Assembly (NCBI GenBank): GCA_014360645.1
Contig: JACIXD010000018.1
Location: 8,638 to 72,637 of the forward strand
Length of the DNA stretch: 64,000 bases
Source: Actinomycetota bacterium
Lineage (GTDB): Bacteria; Actinomycetota; Geothermincolia; Geothermincolales; RBG-13-55-18
Direction of reading: 5' to 3'
Shown here: positions 1-9,384 of the stretch, piece after piece
Numbering within the stretch: position 1 is the stretch's first letter
How the letters are laid out: the number at the start of each line of letters is the position of its first letter
Notes under the pieces: model-generated
Databases searched by the model: none
What the model saw: only the letters and a program-made list of their open reading frames with translations
Told to the model about the DNA's origin: nothing
Position numbers and translations under genes: made by a program

Positions 1-529
1 GCACGGGCCTCTTACCATCTTCTGACAGGCGGATGTTCACTTCCCGCGCCGCCCTCGAGGCGTAGGCGGCAAACAGTTCTGGGGCGCTCTCCTCCAGCCA
101 GAAGTCCGTGCCGCACCAGGCGGGGTGGGTGAAGTGGTGCAGGGTGACCACGGGCTCCATGTCCGCCTCCACCACCGTCCCGATGATCTGCGCATAGCGG
201 TCCAGGGCGGCCTCGTCCCAGGGAGGCGGGGAAGCCTTTCCCGACGAGGCGGCCGGCTGAAGCCGTGCCCACTCCAGGCTCATGCGGAAGGCATTGAGCC
301 CAAGGGACGACGCCAGCTCGACGTGCTCCGCGTAGCGGTCCCAGAAGCGGCAGGCCTCTCCCGCTTTTTCCACCTTGCCCCCGCGTTCCCACTCCGCCCA
401 GTTGTTGTGAGGGCCTCCCGGGCGGTTGTATCCTCCCTCCACCTGGAAGGCGGCGTTGCTCACCCCGAAGAGGAATCCCTCCGGCAAGCGGAAACCCGCC
501 CCGCTCCCCTGCCCTTTCTCTCTTTCCAT
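1..529 (-). CDS. Glycoside hydrolase family 1 (beta-glucosidase-like), N-terminal part; gene continues past the window edge
   Basis: Not in the ORF track because it runs off the edge. Own translation from ATG 529-527: MEREKGQGSGAGFRLPEGFLFGVSNAAFQVEGGYNRPGGPHNNWAEWE..LNAFRMSLEWARLQP..PVVTLHHFTHPAW, a GH1 N-terminal signature. AAGGAGG lies 5 nt upstream. Confidence 0.8.
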   Translation of the reverse strand, partial: MEREKGQGSGAGFRLPEGFLFGVSNAAFQVEGGYNRPGGPHNNWAEWERGGKVEKAGEACRFWDRYAEHVELASSLGLNAFRMSLEWARLQPAASSGKASPPPWDEAALDRYAQIIGTVVEADMEPVVTLHHFTHPAWCGTDFWLEESAPELFAAYASRAAREVNIRLSEDGKRPV

Positions 530-702
530 AACCCCTCCTTGTCAACGGAGAAAGAACGGCGACGTCTCTCCTGTGCCAACCCCGGCGCGGCTGCGGCCCC
601 GACCGCCGCGCCCCTCTCCCGGAGCCATTATGTAAATAGACGCGCTCCGCCCCGCGGCCCCATTTCATGTCTCACGACGGCCGGGAAGGGCGAGGCGGCT
701 GC

Positions 703-811
703 CTCTCAATCGATCATGATGCCGCCGTCGATGATAAGTACGGGGTCAATACGGCGGCGTGGCATACGGCCTTATCTCTCAATCGATCATGATGCCGCCG
801 TCGATGATAAG
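703..811. repeat. 36-bp perfect direct repeat pair (703-738 and 776-811, period 73)
   Basis: CTCTCAATCGATCATGATGCCGCCGTCGATGATAAG occurs twice. The second copy is the 3' end (LIIDGGIMID-stop) of the SDR gene; the first is an orphan copy 37 bp downstream. Confidence 0.95.
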
Positions 812-1522
812 GGTCTGGCCGGTCATGTAGGTGGCGTCCTCGATGAGAAAGGCCGCCGCCCTGGCCACTTCCTCGCCCGTCCCGAACCTCCGCATGGGGA
901 TGCGCGGAACGATCTTGGCCCGGTAGTCCTCGGGCATCCAGGATATGAGCTCGGTCTCGATGTACCCGGGGGCGATGGCGTTCACCCGGATGCCGTGCCT
1001 GGCGACCTCCCTGGCCAGGCAGACGGTGAAGGCGGTGATGCCGCCCTTAGAGGCGGCGTAGGCGGTCTGCCCCGGCCCCCCGATCATCCCCAGGATGGAG
1101 GAGATGTTCACCACGCAGCCCCCGCTGCCCCGCCTGATCATGTCCCCCACGGCGTGCTTGGCCATGTAGAAGTAGGAGAAGAGGTTGACGCGCAAGGTGC
1201 GTTCCAGGTCGGAGTCCTCGAGGTCCTGGATGGGCGAGAGCTGCCCCATGCCGGCGTTGTTCACCAGGATGTCCACCCCGCCGAACTCCTCAACGCACCG
1301 GCCCACCACCGCGGCGGCGCCCCCCTCGGTGGCCAGGTCCGCCTGGGCGATCACCGCCCGGCCCCCCCGTTCCTCGATGATCTCCCGCACCTCGCGCGCC
1401 GCGTCCAGCCGGCTCTGGCAACAGACCACCACGTTGGCCCCGCGCGCGGCCAGCTCCAGGGCTATGGATTTCCCTATCCCCCGCGAGGAACCGGTCACGA
1501 TGGCGTTGCTTCCCTCGATCAC
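779..1522 (-). CDS. Short-chain dehydrogenase/reductase, FabG-like 3-oxoacyl reductase family
   Basis: TGSSRGIG cofactor motif and a YAASK catalytic motif. GTG start at 1522 is preceded by AAGGAGG. The track ORF 779..1825 is trimmed accordingly. Confidence 0.9.
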   Translation of the reverse strand: MIEGSNAIVTGSSRGIGKSIALELAARGANVVVCCQSRLDAAREVREIIEERGGRAVIAQADLATEGGAAAVVGRCVEEFGGVDILVNNAGMGQLSPIQDLEDSDLERTLRVNLFSYFYMAKHAVGDMIRRGSGGCVVNISSILGMIGGPGQTAYAASKGGITAFTVCLAREVARHGIRVNAIAPGYIETELISWMPEDYRAKIVPRIPMRRFGTGEEVARAAAFLIEDATYMTGQTLIIDGGIMID

Positions 1523-1652
1523 CCTTACCTCCTTTTTCCAACCCCGTCCCTCTGTCTGCGCGCCCCTTCTCCCCCGGCCGGAGGACCGGCGCCGGCGAGG
1601 TCGGGCCTGGGGCCGTGACCCTCCCGCCCGCAGGGCCGGCGGACCGTGTTCT

Positions 1653-2603
1653 TCATTCCCTCGCCAACCTCTCGCGGAGGAAGCGGCCCGCCTTCTCGAG
1701 TGCCGCGTTGCTCTCCGGCACCAGGGGCGTGAAGAACTGCCAGACATGGAACATGCCCTCTCCGACATCCAGCTCCACCTCCACCCCCGCCTCTCCCGCC
1801 CTCTCCGCCAGCCTCCTGGCGTCATCGAGGAGGATCTCGCGGGTGCCTACCTGGATGAGCAGGGGCGGAAGGCCCGCAAGATCCGCGTGGATGGGGGAGG
1901 CCAGGGGGTTCCTGGGGTCCTCCCCCGCCAGGTACATGGCGGCCTCACGCCTGAGCGCGCGGGCGGAGAGCATGGGGTCTTTTCTCCCCACCGTTTCCAC
2001 GCTCCTCCCCCTGACCTCCAGGTCCGTCCACGGAGAAAAGAGGCATGCCGCCGCGGGCAGGGGAAACCCCCTGTCGCGCAGATAGACCATGGCCGCCACC
2101 GCCAGGCCTCCGCCCGCGGAATCCCCCGCCAGGGCGGTGCGCTCCGCCCCGCAGCCGGCGTCCAGGAGCCATTCGTACGCCCTCGCCGCGTCCTCGACCG
2201 CGGCGGGGAACGGGTTCTCGGGCGCCAGGCGGTACTCCAGGCTGAGGGCGTGGCAGCCCGCTTCCCTCGCCAGCCGGGATACCAGGGGGCGGTGGCTTCC
2301 GGCGGAGCCCACCACGTAAGCTCCCCCGTGCAGGTAGAGGATGACGGGCCCCTCTCCCGCCCCCTCCGGGACCGCCCACTCCGCCCGCAGACCCCGCACG
2401 TCCTCCGCGCGGTATCTCACCCCCTTTACGGGCGTGGCGAGGCGGGGCACCACCCCGTCGAACCACCAGCGCTGGTGGGCTACTGTGGAAAATGATTCCA
2501 TCTGGACCACGCGGCTCAACCTCACCAGAAGCTCCGCGAGGCGAAAGCGCAGGCTGGGCATGCTCTCGTCCCCCTCTCCCCGGTCTCCCGCCGCCCGCCT
2601 CAT
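1653..2603 (-). CDS. Alpha/beta hydrolase, hormone-sensitive-lipase-type esterase/lipase
   Basis: HGGAY oxyanion motif and GDSAGG nucleophile elbow. The ATG at 2603 overlaps the upstream gene's TGA (ATGA coupling). Confidence 0.85.
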   Translation of the reverse strand: MRRAAGDRGEGDESMPSLRFRLAELLVRLSRVVQMESFSTVAHQRWWFDGVVPRLATPVKGVRYRAEDVRGLRAEWAVPEGAGEGPVILYLHGGAYVVGSAGSHRPLVSRLAREAGCHALSLEYRLAPENPFPAAVEDAARAYEWLLDAGCGAERTALAGDSAGGGLAVAAMVYLRDRGFPLPAAACLFSPWTDLEVRGRSVETVGRKDPMLSARALRREAAMYLAGEDPRNPLASPIHADLAGLPPLLIQVGTREILLDDARRLAERAGEAGVEVELDVGEGMFHVWQFFTPLVPESNAALEKAGRFLRERLARE

Positions 2604-3457
2604 TGCCGCGTCCGCGACGGTCCCGGAGACCCCGGAGCCCCTTGCCTGCGCGCCTTTCTGATGGCGCGGTCCATGGCCAGCTCCACCACCCCGGGCAGGT
2701 AACGCTTCATGATGTAGAGCATGCGGGCGGAACCGGGGCCGATGAAGAACCTCCCCTTCTCCATGCCCTCCACCAACGCCCGCGCCACCTCCTCCGGCTG
2801 CATGAGGCCGCCGCCCTCGCTCACCGCCACCGTCTCCGGCGGCTTGTTGCGGTTCTCCACCTCGAAGCCGGGGGTGTCGGTGTCCGGGGGGCAGAGGACG
2901 GAGACTCGTACCCCGTGGGGCTTCAGCTCGCTCTTCAGCACCTCCGAAAGACCGAAGAGGGCGAACTTGGAGGCGGCGTAGTCCGCGTATCCGAAGACCC
3001 CCATGAAGCCCAGCACGCTGGAGACGTTGACGATATGCCCCCGGCGTTGCTTGAGGTAGGGGAGCAGGGCCTTGATGGTGCACCAGTTCCCGTAGAGGTG
3101 CAGCTTCATGGTCTCGTCAAGCTGGCGGTAGGAGATGTTTTCGAAGTAGTCGGGGAGCGCCCTGCCCGCGCAGTTGATGAGGATGTCGGGGGGACCGAAC
3201 TCCTCCACCGCCGCGCCCATGACCCGTTCCACCGCCTCCGGGTCGGTGATGTCCAGCTGCCTGCAGGCAAAGCGCTGCTCCCCGCCCGCCGCCCGTGCGG
3301 ACGCCCTCTTCACCGCCTCCTCGAGGCGCTCCCGGCCCCGGGCGAAGATGATGACGTTGCAGCCGTGCTCCGCGAGGAGCTCCGCCGTCGCGAGCCCGAT
3401 GCCGCTGGAGCCTCCCGTGATATAGACGTTCTTTCCCCTGAGATCGGATCTCTTCAT
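2600..3457 (-). CDS. Short-chain dehydrogenase/reductase
   Basis: ITGGSSGIG motif and YAASK motif. ATG at 3457 follows GGAGGTGA. Confidence 0.85.
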   Translation of the reverse strand: MKRSDLRGKNVYITGGSSGIGLATAELLAEHGCNVIIFARGRERLEEAVKRASARAAGGEQRFACRQLDITDPEAVERVMGAAVEEFGPPDILINCAGRALPDYFENISYRQLDETMKLHLYGNWCTIKALLPYLKQRRGHIVNVSSVLGFMGVFGYADYAASKFALFGLSEVLKSELKPHGVRVSVLCPPDTDTPGFEVENRNKPPETVAVSEGGGLMQPEEVARALVEGMEKGRFFIGPGSARMLYIMKRYLPGVVELAMDRAIRKARRQGAPGSPGPSRTRQ

Positions 3458-3870
3458 CCCCCTCACCTCCGGAGGTCACCCCCGTGCAGGCCGCGTCCGC
3501 TACCGCCGCGCGCCGCCCCCTTCCCCGCCGGGGGACGGCTTCCGCCGACCCGCGCGCGGGCGCGTCCCGGGCGCGCCCGGCACATGAGACAAGCAAAGGA
3601 TATAACGCTCGTTCCTCCCTGACAAACCGCCGCGGGAAAAGGTCGGCGCCCGAGCGGGCGGCCGCCTGAGGTACGTGGCCTTCTCCTTCGGGGGCGTCTC
3701 CACCGGCGATCGTCGAGGCGTCAACGGCATGTTTCGTTTGTCGGCGAAAAAGGCGACCGCGGCGCGGAGAGGGTCCGGGGACGGGTCCCGGGACATCGCC
3801 GTATGCCGGGAGTATGGGCGCTTTGTCCCGGAAAGCCTTGTCGTCGGGGCATATCAGCATCGGGGTGCTA

Positions 3871-3886
3871 TCATTATTAGAAATGA
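3871..3886. promoter_or_regulatory. AT-rich inverted repeat TCATTattagaAATGA upstream of pncB (candidate operator/promoter patch)
   Basis: It is the only AT-rich patch in the 560-bp gap before pncB. Arms are 5 bp. No known regulator motif was matched. Confidence 0.2.
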
Positions 3887-4023
3887 CCGGCACGCCAGGC
3901 TATCCCGTGGCGAAATCGCCTCGGCGGGAAGCGTTTACCCGCCGTTCTCGCCCGAAAGAGCAGCCATCGCGTTCAACGGGGCCGGCGAAGGGCCGGCGGT
4001 GGTGATGGCGAAAGGGGGGAAAG

Positions 4024-5205
4024 ATGATCGGCCCTCGGAGCATCCTGGACACGGACCTCTACAAGCTCACCATGCAGCAGGCGGTGTGCAAGCTCTACCC
4101 TTGGTTCAAAGCGCGTTACCGGTTCATCAACCGCGGCGGGACCCCCTTCCCGCCGGGTTTCGGCGCGGAGCTGGCCGCCCGCGTGGAGGAGATGAGCGCC
4201 CTGCGCCTGAGCGCGGAGGAGAAGTCGTGGCTGGCGGGGAAGTGCAGGTACTTCAGCCCCGTCTACCTCGATTTCCTGGAGGGATACCGCTTCGACCCCT
4301 CCGAGGTGGACATCCGCCAGGAGGGCGGGGAGCTCTCCATCACCATCGAGGGCTACTGGTACACCACCATCCTCTGGGAGGTGCCCCTCATGGCCCTCAT
4401 CAGCGAGCTCTATTTCGAGATGACGGGCGAGAAGGAGCGGGCATACCCGGAGGAGAGGATCCGCGCCCTCAACCGGGAGAAGGCGCGCTTCTTCCGGGAA
4501 CACGGCATCCGTTTCGTGGACTTCGGCACCCGCAGGCGCTTCTCCTACGAGAACCACCGCCGGCTCATCCCCGACCTCATGGAGGCGGGGGAGTTCCTCC
4601 TGGGCACCAGCAACGTGCACCTCGCCCACCTCTATGACCTCACGCCCGTGGGCACCCAGGCCCACGAATGGTTCCAGTTCCACTCCGCCAAGTACGGTTT
4701 CCGCATGGCCAACCAGATGGCCTTGCAGCGCTGGATAGACGTGTACAAGGGCGACCTGGGCATCGCCCTCACCGACACCTTCGGGACCGAGAACTTCTTC
4801 CACGCCTTCGACGGATATTTCTCGCGCATCTTCGACGGGGTGCGGCAGGACTCCGGAGACCCTTTCCATTTCCTGGAATGTGCCATCGCGCACTACCGCA
4901 GGCTGGGCATAGATCCCGCGACCAAGACGGTGGTGTTCTCCGACTCCCTCAACCTGGAGCTCTCCCGCGCCCTGCACGAAGCCTGCGCGGGGCGGGTCAG
5001 GGACCTCTACGGCATCGGAACCTTCCTCACCAACGACGTGGGGGTCAAGCCCCTGAACATGGTGATCAAGATGGTGGCCTGCCAGCCCTTCTACGGCTCC
5101 GAGCGCTGGGTGGACGCCATCAAGATCTCAGACGACGAGGGCAAGTACACCGGCGCCAGGGAGGTCATAGAGCTGGCCCGCAGGACCCTTTTCCTGGAGG
5201 AGTGA
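4024..5205 (+). CDS. pncB: Nicotinate phosphoribosyltransferase
   Basis: Full-length similarity pattern to PncB (DLYKLTM, FGTRRR, GTSN, DSGD motifs). GGGGGGAAAG SD-like stretch lies before the ATG. Confidence 0.9.
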   Translation: MIGPRSILDTDLYKLTMQQAVCKLYPWFKARYRFINRGGTPFPPGFGAELAARVEEMSALRLSAEEKSWLAGKCRYFSPVYLDFLEGYRFDPSEVDIRQEGGELSITIEGYWYTTILWEVPLMALISELYFEMTGEKERAYPEERIRALNREKARFFREHGIRFVDFGTRRRFSYENHRRLIPDLMEAGEFLLGTSNVHLAHLYDLTPVGTQAHEWFQFHSAKYGFRMANQMALQRWIDVYKGDLGIALTDTFGTENFFHAFDGYFSRIFDGVRQDSGDPFHFLECAIAHYRRLGIDPATKTVVFSDSLNLELSRALHEACAGRVRDLYGIGTFLTNDVGVKPLNMVIKMVACQPFYGSERWVDAIKISDDEGKYTGAREVIELARRTLFLEE

Positions 5206-5385
5206 CGCGGCCTCGGCACGGCACGGCGAGCCGGCATACGGCGATATGCTGCCCTCGCATCTCCGCGGCACCCCGCCCGCGCGACGGCGCCGCGGCCCGG
5301 AGCGGGTGATCTTTACCGACAGTGCCGGTAGCCCTGCGCTCCCGGATCTCCCGCCCGGAGAAAGCGAGAGCCGGCCGCGCGGCGC

Positions 5386-5835
5386 TCACCGCCGATCCGG
5401 GCCCCGGCCCGGGGATCCGCCGGGATAGATGCATACCCTGCAGGCGGGGGAGCCGGCGGGGATGCTCTCCTCGATGACCAGACGGGCGCCCACGTACGCG
5501 AGCATGGCCCGGTCCTGCTCCATGGCCGCGTCGCAGACCCCGACGTGCTCGGGTCGGTGGAAGCCGTAGGGACATCTGGCCAGCACCAAATCCAGCCTTT
5601 CTCCGCCCTCTTTCAACTCCAGAAAATCGATGTCCATCGCCACCAGCGCCTTTTCCAGGTCCCTGCGCAGGGCAGCGACGGAGCCTCCGTCTTTCATCCC
5701 GTAGGGGGAATGATGCCCGGCGAAGGCGATGAGCCGCCCCATGCCCCTAACCGCCCCGTCCCCGACGACCGGCAGGCGGTAGAGCATGCGGTAGAGGAGG
5801 CCTAACCCCCTGATGATGCCTTTGCGTAGACCCAT
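5386..5835 (-). CDS. Hypothetical Cys-containing protein, possibly ATC-hydrolase-like family
   Basis: The pattern CPY..x..CD..x..GARL..x..GSPACRV resembles the L-2-amino-thiazoline-4-carboxylate hydrolase family (from memory, unverified). ATG follows GGAGGTGA. Confidence 0.5.
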   Translation of the reverse strand: MGLRKGIIRGLGLLYRMLYRLPVVGDGAVRGMGRLIAFAGHHSPYGMKDGGSVAALRRDLEKALVAMDIDFLELKEGGERLDLVLARCPYGFHRPEHVGVCDAAMEQDRAMLAYVGARLVIEESIPAGSPACRVCIYPGGSPGRGPDRR

Positions 5836-5975
5836 TGCGTTCACCTCCACGTCTTATCGCCGCCCCGCCGCCCCGCCCCTCGTTCCGGACCCCCTTTTCG
5901 ACGTCTTTGCCCCGCGCCCGTGCCCCTCCGGCTCTTCCATCCGGACACGGGTTGCCGGCCGGGGCTGGGAAACCC

Positions 5976-6869
5976 TCACCGGAAATGGCACTCCTCGCCG
6001 GGAGGGCATGCCTCGATCTCCGGCTCCAGGGTGACGTGCACCACGTTGTGGTCGTGGCGCAGCATCTCCTTGAGCCCCCTTATGGTCTCCTGGAGCTCGC
6101 TCACGGACATATCCTCCACCACGACATGGGCGCTCAGGGAATAGAGCCGGGACCCGATCTCCCATATATGGAGGTCGTGGACCCCTCTCACGCCCGGCGC
6201 CGCGGAGAGGTCGGAGAGTATGTGCCGGTAGTCCACGCCCGAAGGGACGGATTCCATGAGGATATGCGTCGATTCGCGCAGGATCTGAAAGGCGCTCACC
6301 AGGATGAGCATGGCGATCCCCAGGGTGAGGGCGGGGTCCACGAAGGTCCAGCCGGTCAGCACCACCACCACCCCCGACACCACCACCCCCAGGGAGACCA
6401 GGGCGTCGGTGAGGAGGTGGAGGAAGGCGCTGCGCAGGTTCAGGTCCCCCCTGCCCCGCCGCAGCAGCAGGGCCACGCCGCCGTTGACCAGGAAGCCCGC
6501 CCCCGCCACGGCGACGACCATGCCCCCTTTTACCTCCACCGGGTGGATGAACCTGCGTATGGCCCCGTAAGCCAGCATGAAGCATATCCCCGTGATGAGC
6601 AGGGAGTTGACGAAGGCCACCACGATGCCCATGCGGTGGAAGCCGAAGGTCTTCCGCTCCGTGGCGGGCCTGGCCATGGTGCGCACGGCGATGAGGGAGA
6701 GGACGAGGGCGAAGGAGTCGGAGAAGTTGTGGCCCGCGTCCCCCAGCAGCGCCATGCTGCCCGCCAGGATCCCGAAGACCACCTCGAAGAAGAGAAAGGC
6801 GGTGTTGGCGGCCAGCGCCGCGGCCAGGCGCCGTGACGGATCGAAGGCGGGACCTCTTTCCCCGGTCAT
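5976..6869 (-). CDS. Cation diffusion facilitator (CDF) family metal efflux transporter
   Basis: Six TM segments. HNFSD and HLLTD metal-site motifs plus a C-terminal cytoplasmic domain. The ATG overlaps the upstream TGA (ATGA). Confidence 0.9.
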   Translation of the reverse strand: MTGERGPAFDPSRRLAAALAANTAFLFFEVVFGILAGSMALLGDAGHNFSDSFALVLSLIAVRTMARPATERKTFGFHRMGIVVAFVNSLLITGICFMLAYGAIRRFIHPVEVKGGMVVAVAGAGFLVNGGVALLLRRGRGDLNLRSAFLHLLTDALVSLGVVVSGVVVVLTGWTFVDPALTLGIAMLILVSAFQILRESTHILMESVPSGVDYRHILSDLSAAPGVRGVHDLHIWEIGSRLYSLSAHVVVEDMSVSELQETIRGLKEMLRHDHNVVHVTLEPEIEACPPGEECHFR

Positions 6870-7561
6870 GGCGCCTTCCTTCCCAGCACTATCTCGACCG
6901 GCAGCCGCCACATGGATACGGTCTCGTGCTCCTCGATGCGGAATCCCGCCTCCTCGACAAGGCGGCGCGCGAAGACGGGACGGCAGTCCACGAGCCGGGG
7001 AAACCTGCGGTGCGCACGGAGGTAGAGCCGCGCCATCATGCCCTGCCGCCCCTGGGTGGACATGCAGGCCACGCAGAGGCGCCCTCCCGGCATTAGGACC
7101 CTCAGGCACTCGGCCAGGACCTGCGGGATCTCGGGCGGGTCGAAGAGCTCCAGGGTGAAACTCATGAAAACGGCGTCGAAGCAGGCGCTCCCGAAGGGCA
7201 TGGCCGCGGCGTCGCCTCGGATCAGCTCCGTCCTTCCGGTAAGGCCCTCGCGCCGGAGGCGTTTCCTCGCCGCCTCCACCATGCCGCCGGAGAGATCTAT
7301 CCCGCAGACCACGCCTTCCTCTCCCACCATCCCGGATATCGCCGCCAGCGCACGCCCCGTGCCGAAGCCTACCTCCAGGATGCGCTCTCCCCGGCGCGGC
7401 TGGAGGTGGCGCTCGACGGCGGCACTCACGCAGCTCCACTCCCCACCCGATGAGAGCAGGTCGTAGATACGGCTGAGGCGGTCGTAGCGGCGGCGGGTGT
7501 CCTCCCGGAAGCACGAACGCGTCCGGCTCTCCGCCCGTTCCGCGCCGTTTTCCGCCGTCAT
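6866..7561 (-). CDS. Class I SAM-dependent methyltransferase
   Basis: ILEVGFGTG motif I and a Methyltransf_11-like core. Translationally coupled to the CDF gene. Confidence 0.85.
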   Translation of the reverse strand: MTAENGAERAESRTRSCFREDTRRRYDRLSRIYDLLSSGGEWSCVSAAVERHLQPRRGERILEVGFGTGRALAAISGMVGEEGVVCGIDLSGGMVEAARKRLRREGLTGRTELIRGDAAAMPFGSACFDAVFMSFTLELFDPPEIPQVLAECLRVLMPGGRLCVACMSTQGRQGMMARLYLRAHRRFPRLVDCRPVFARRLVEEAGFRIEEHETVSMWRLPVEIVLGRKAP

Positions 7562-7724
7562 CACGCATCCCCTTTCCATCTCTTTCCCATTCCATCATTA
7601 TTGGGTATTGAGAAGAGGGCGACAAAGGGCCCCGTCAAAGCCCGGGGGGGCAGGGGGGATGAGGCACCGGCCGGGACGATGCACATGGAGCCGGATGTCG
7701 CCGTCCGGGGTCGCCCCGTCGCCC

Positions 7725-9356
7725 TTACCGCCGCGTCTCCAGCAGCAGAGCCTCGTGCGGGGCCAGCTCCCACGCCCCGGCGCGCAGCTGCGAGCCTTCC
7801 TCGCGATGGGTGGAGAGAAGAACCTGGAAATGATTGCCATCCCATTCCCGTGGCCCCGCGGACAGCGGCAGGGCGCGCGGGGTGAAGTTGAGCAGCACCG
7901 CCACTTTCTCCTCCTCCAGCTCCCGCAGGTAGGCGAACACCCCCCGGGGCACGCCGTCGATGGCGCGGTAGCCGCCGGCGCGCAAGGAGGGCTTCTCCCC
8001 GCGTAGCCGGATCAGGCGACGGTACCAGTTGAGCAGACTGGCGGGGTCGGCGTCCTGGCGCTCCACGTTTCTCTCCACGTAGGAGGTGTCCACCGGCAGC
8101 CACGGCTCCGCCCGCGAGAACCCGGCGTGCTCGTCCGCGGACCACTGCATGGGAGTACGGCAGCCGTCCCGCCCCACCGGCAGGGGCCAGAACTTCTTCC
8201 CGATGGGGTCGTCCATGCTGCTCCGCGGGATGCGGCTCTGGGGCATGCCGATCTCCTCGCCATAGTAGATGATGGGGGTGCCGCGCAGGGTGAGCAGCAT
8301 GGCCGCCGCCATCCTGGCCCTGGCCTCCGCGTCTCCACCCCTTCCCAGACGGGTGTACGAACGAGGGAGGTCGTGGTTGTTGAGATAATAGCACGGCCAC
8401 CCCGCGGAAGGGATGTTCGCCTCCAGCCAGCCCACGGACTCCCGGAACGCCTCCGCGCTCCATCTGCGCCGCGCGAAATGCAGGTAGAAGGAGAGGTGGA
8501 GAGCGTCGGTACCCCCACCCAACAGGGCTACCGCGTCCTCGCGGGTGTCGGTGAAGACCTCGCCCATCATCATGCGTTCCGGGTAGGCATCCAGGATGCG
8601 GCGTAGCTCCCTCACCGTCTCCAGGCTCTCCGGGCGCGAGCGGTCGTAGACGTGCCTCTGCCAATCATAGGGGCGCAGCCCCAGCCTGCGGGGGTTGTCG
8701 CGCAGCAGCTCGTCCTCGTAGAGGAAGTTAATGAGGTCGAGGCGGAAGCCGTCCACGCCCTTCTCCAGCCAGGTCTTCACGATATCGAACATCTCCTCCT
8801 TGACCTCAGGGTTACGCCAGTTGAGGTCGGGCTGGAAGGGAAGGAAGGCATGGTAATAGTACTGCCGGGTGGCCGGGTCCCATTCCCAGGCGCTGCCCTC
8901 CACCACCGCCCTCCAGCGGTTGGGGGGCTTTCCGGGGGCCCTGCCGTCGCGCCAGATGTACCAGTCGCGCCTGGGGTTTTCGCGCGAGGACCGCGACTCC
9001 CGGAACCAGGGATGCTCGTCGGAGGTGTGGTTGAGCACCATGTCCATGATCACCCGCATGCCGCGGCGATGGCACTCGGAGAGCAGTTCCTCGTAGGTCG
9101 ACATGTCGCCGAAGAGGGGGTTGATGCCGCTATACGAGCTCACATCGTAGCCGAAATCCCGCATGGGGGAAGGGAATACGGGGGTGAGCCACAAGGCATC
9201 CACTCCCAGGGATCGCGGCGTGCCGTCGTTGAGATAATCGAGGCGCCGGAGGATGCCGCGCAGGTCGCCGTTTCCGTCGCCGTCGGAGTCCGAGAAACTG
9301 CGCACCGCTATCTGGTATATGACTCCCCTCTTCCACCAGGGCTCTTCCGCCTGCAT
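7725..9356 (-). CDS. GH13 alpha-glucosidase / oligo-1,6-glucosidase family
   Basis: GH13 conserved regions DMVLNHTS, GFRLDLINF, GEVF and YLNNHDLPR. The start at MQAEEPWWKRGVIYQI was computed from the track frame. Confidence 0.9.
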   Translation of the reverse strand: MQAEEPWWKRGVIYQIAVRSFSDSDGDGNGDLRGILRRLDYLNDGTPRSLGVDALWLTPVFPSPMRDFGYDVSSYSGINPLFGDMSTYEELLSECHRRGMRVIMDMVLNHTSDEHPWFRESRSSRENPRRDWYIWRDGRAPGKPPNRWRAVVEGSAWEWDPATRQYYYHAFLPFQPDLNWRNPEVKEEMFDIVKTWLEKGVDGFRLDLINFLYEDELLRDNPRRLGLRPYDWQRHVYDRSRPESLETVRELRRILDAYPERMMMGEVFTDTREDAVALLGGGTDALHLSFYLHFARRRWSAEAFRESVGWLEANIPSAGWPCYYLNNHDLPRSYTRLGRGGDAEARARMAAAMLLTLRGTPIIYYGEEIGMPQSRIPRSSMDDPIGKKFWPLPVGRDGCRTPMQWSADEHAGFSRAEPWLPVDTSYVERNVERQDADPASLLNWYRRLIRLRGEKPSLRAGGYRAIDGVPRGVFAYLRELEEEKVAVLLNFTPRALPLSAGPREWDGNHFQVLLSTHREEGSQLRAGAWELAPHEALLLETRR

Positions 9357-9384
9357 GCCGCTCTCCCGTCTCCACGCGCCGGTC

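Noticed and set aside
703-811. The geometry of a 36-bp repeat, 37-bp spacer and 36-bp repeat (also at 26481-26589 and about 9385-9497) resembles a minimal CRISPR array.
   Set aside because: There are only two repeats per locus. The repeat sequences differ completely between loci. One copy is the coding 3' end of a gene. No cas genes or leader-like sequence are present.
125-1618. Very long alternate-frame or antisense ORFs in the track. Examples are 125..1618+, 1185..2495+, 9646..10776-, 39820..41274-, 40119..42131+, 42677..44401+, 46927..48204-, 49097..50638+, 51876..54419- and 59498..60844-.
   Set aside because: Their Arg/Pro/Gly/His-rich, repeat-like translations have no recognisable motifs. 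Each fully overlaps a gene with clear conserved motifs in another frame. These are typical shadow ORFs of high-GC DNA.
3467-4023. The 560-bp gap upstream of pncB as an NAD-related riboswitch.
   Set aside because: I could not recognise nadA/pnuC-motif cores. Only an AT-rich inverted repeat stands out, and it is listed as a low-confidence regulatory feature.
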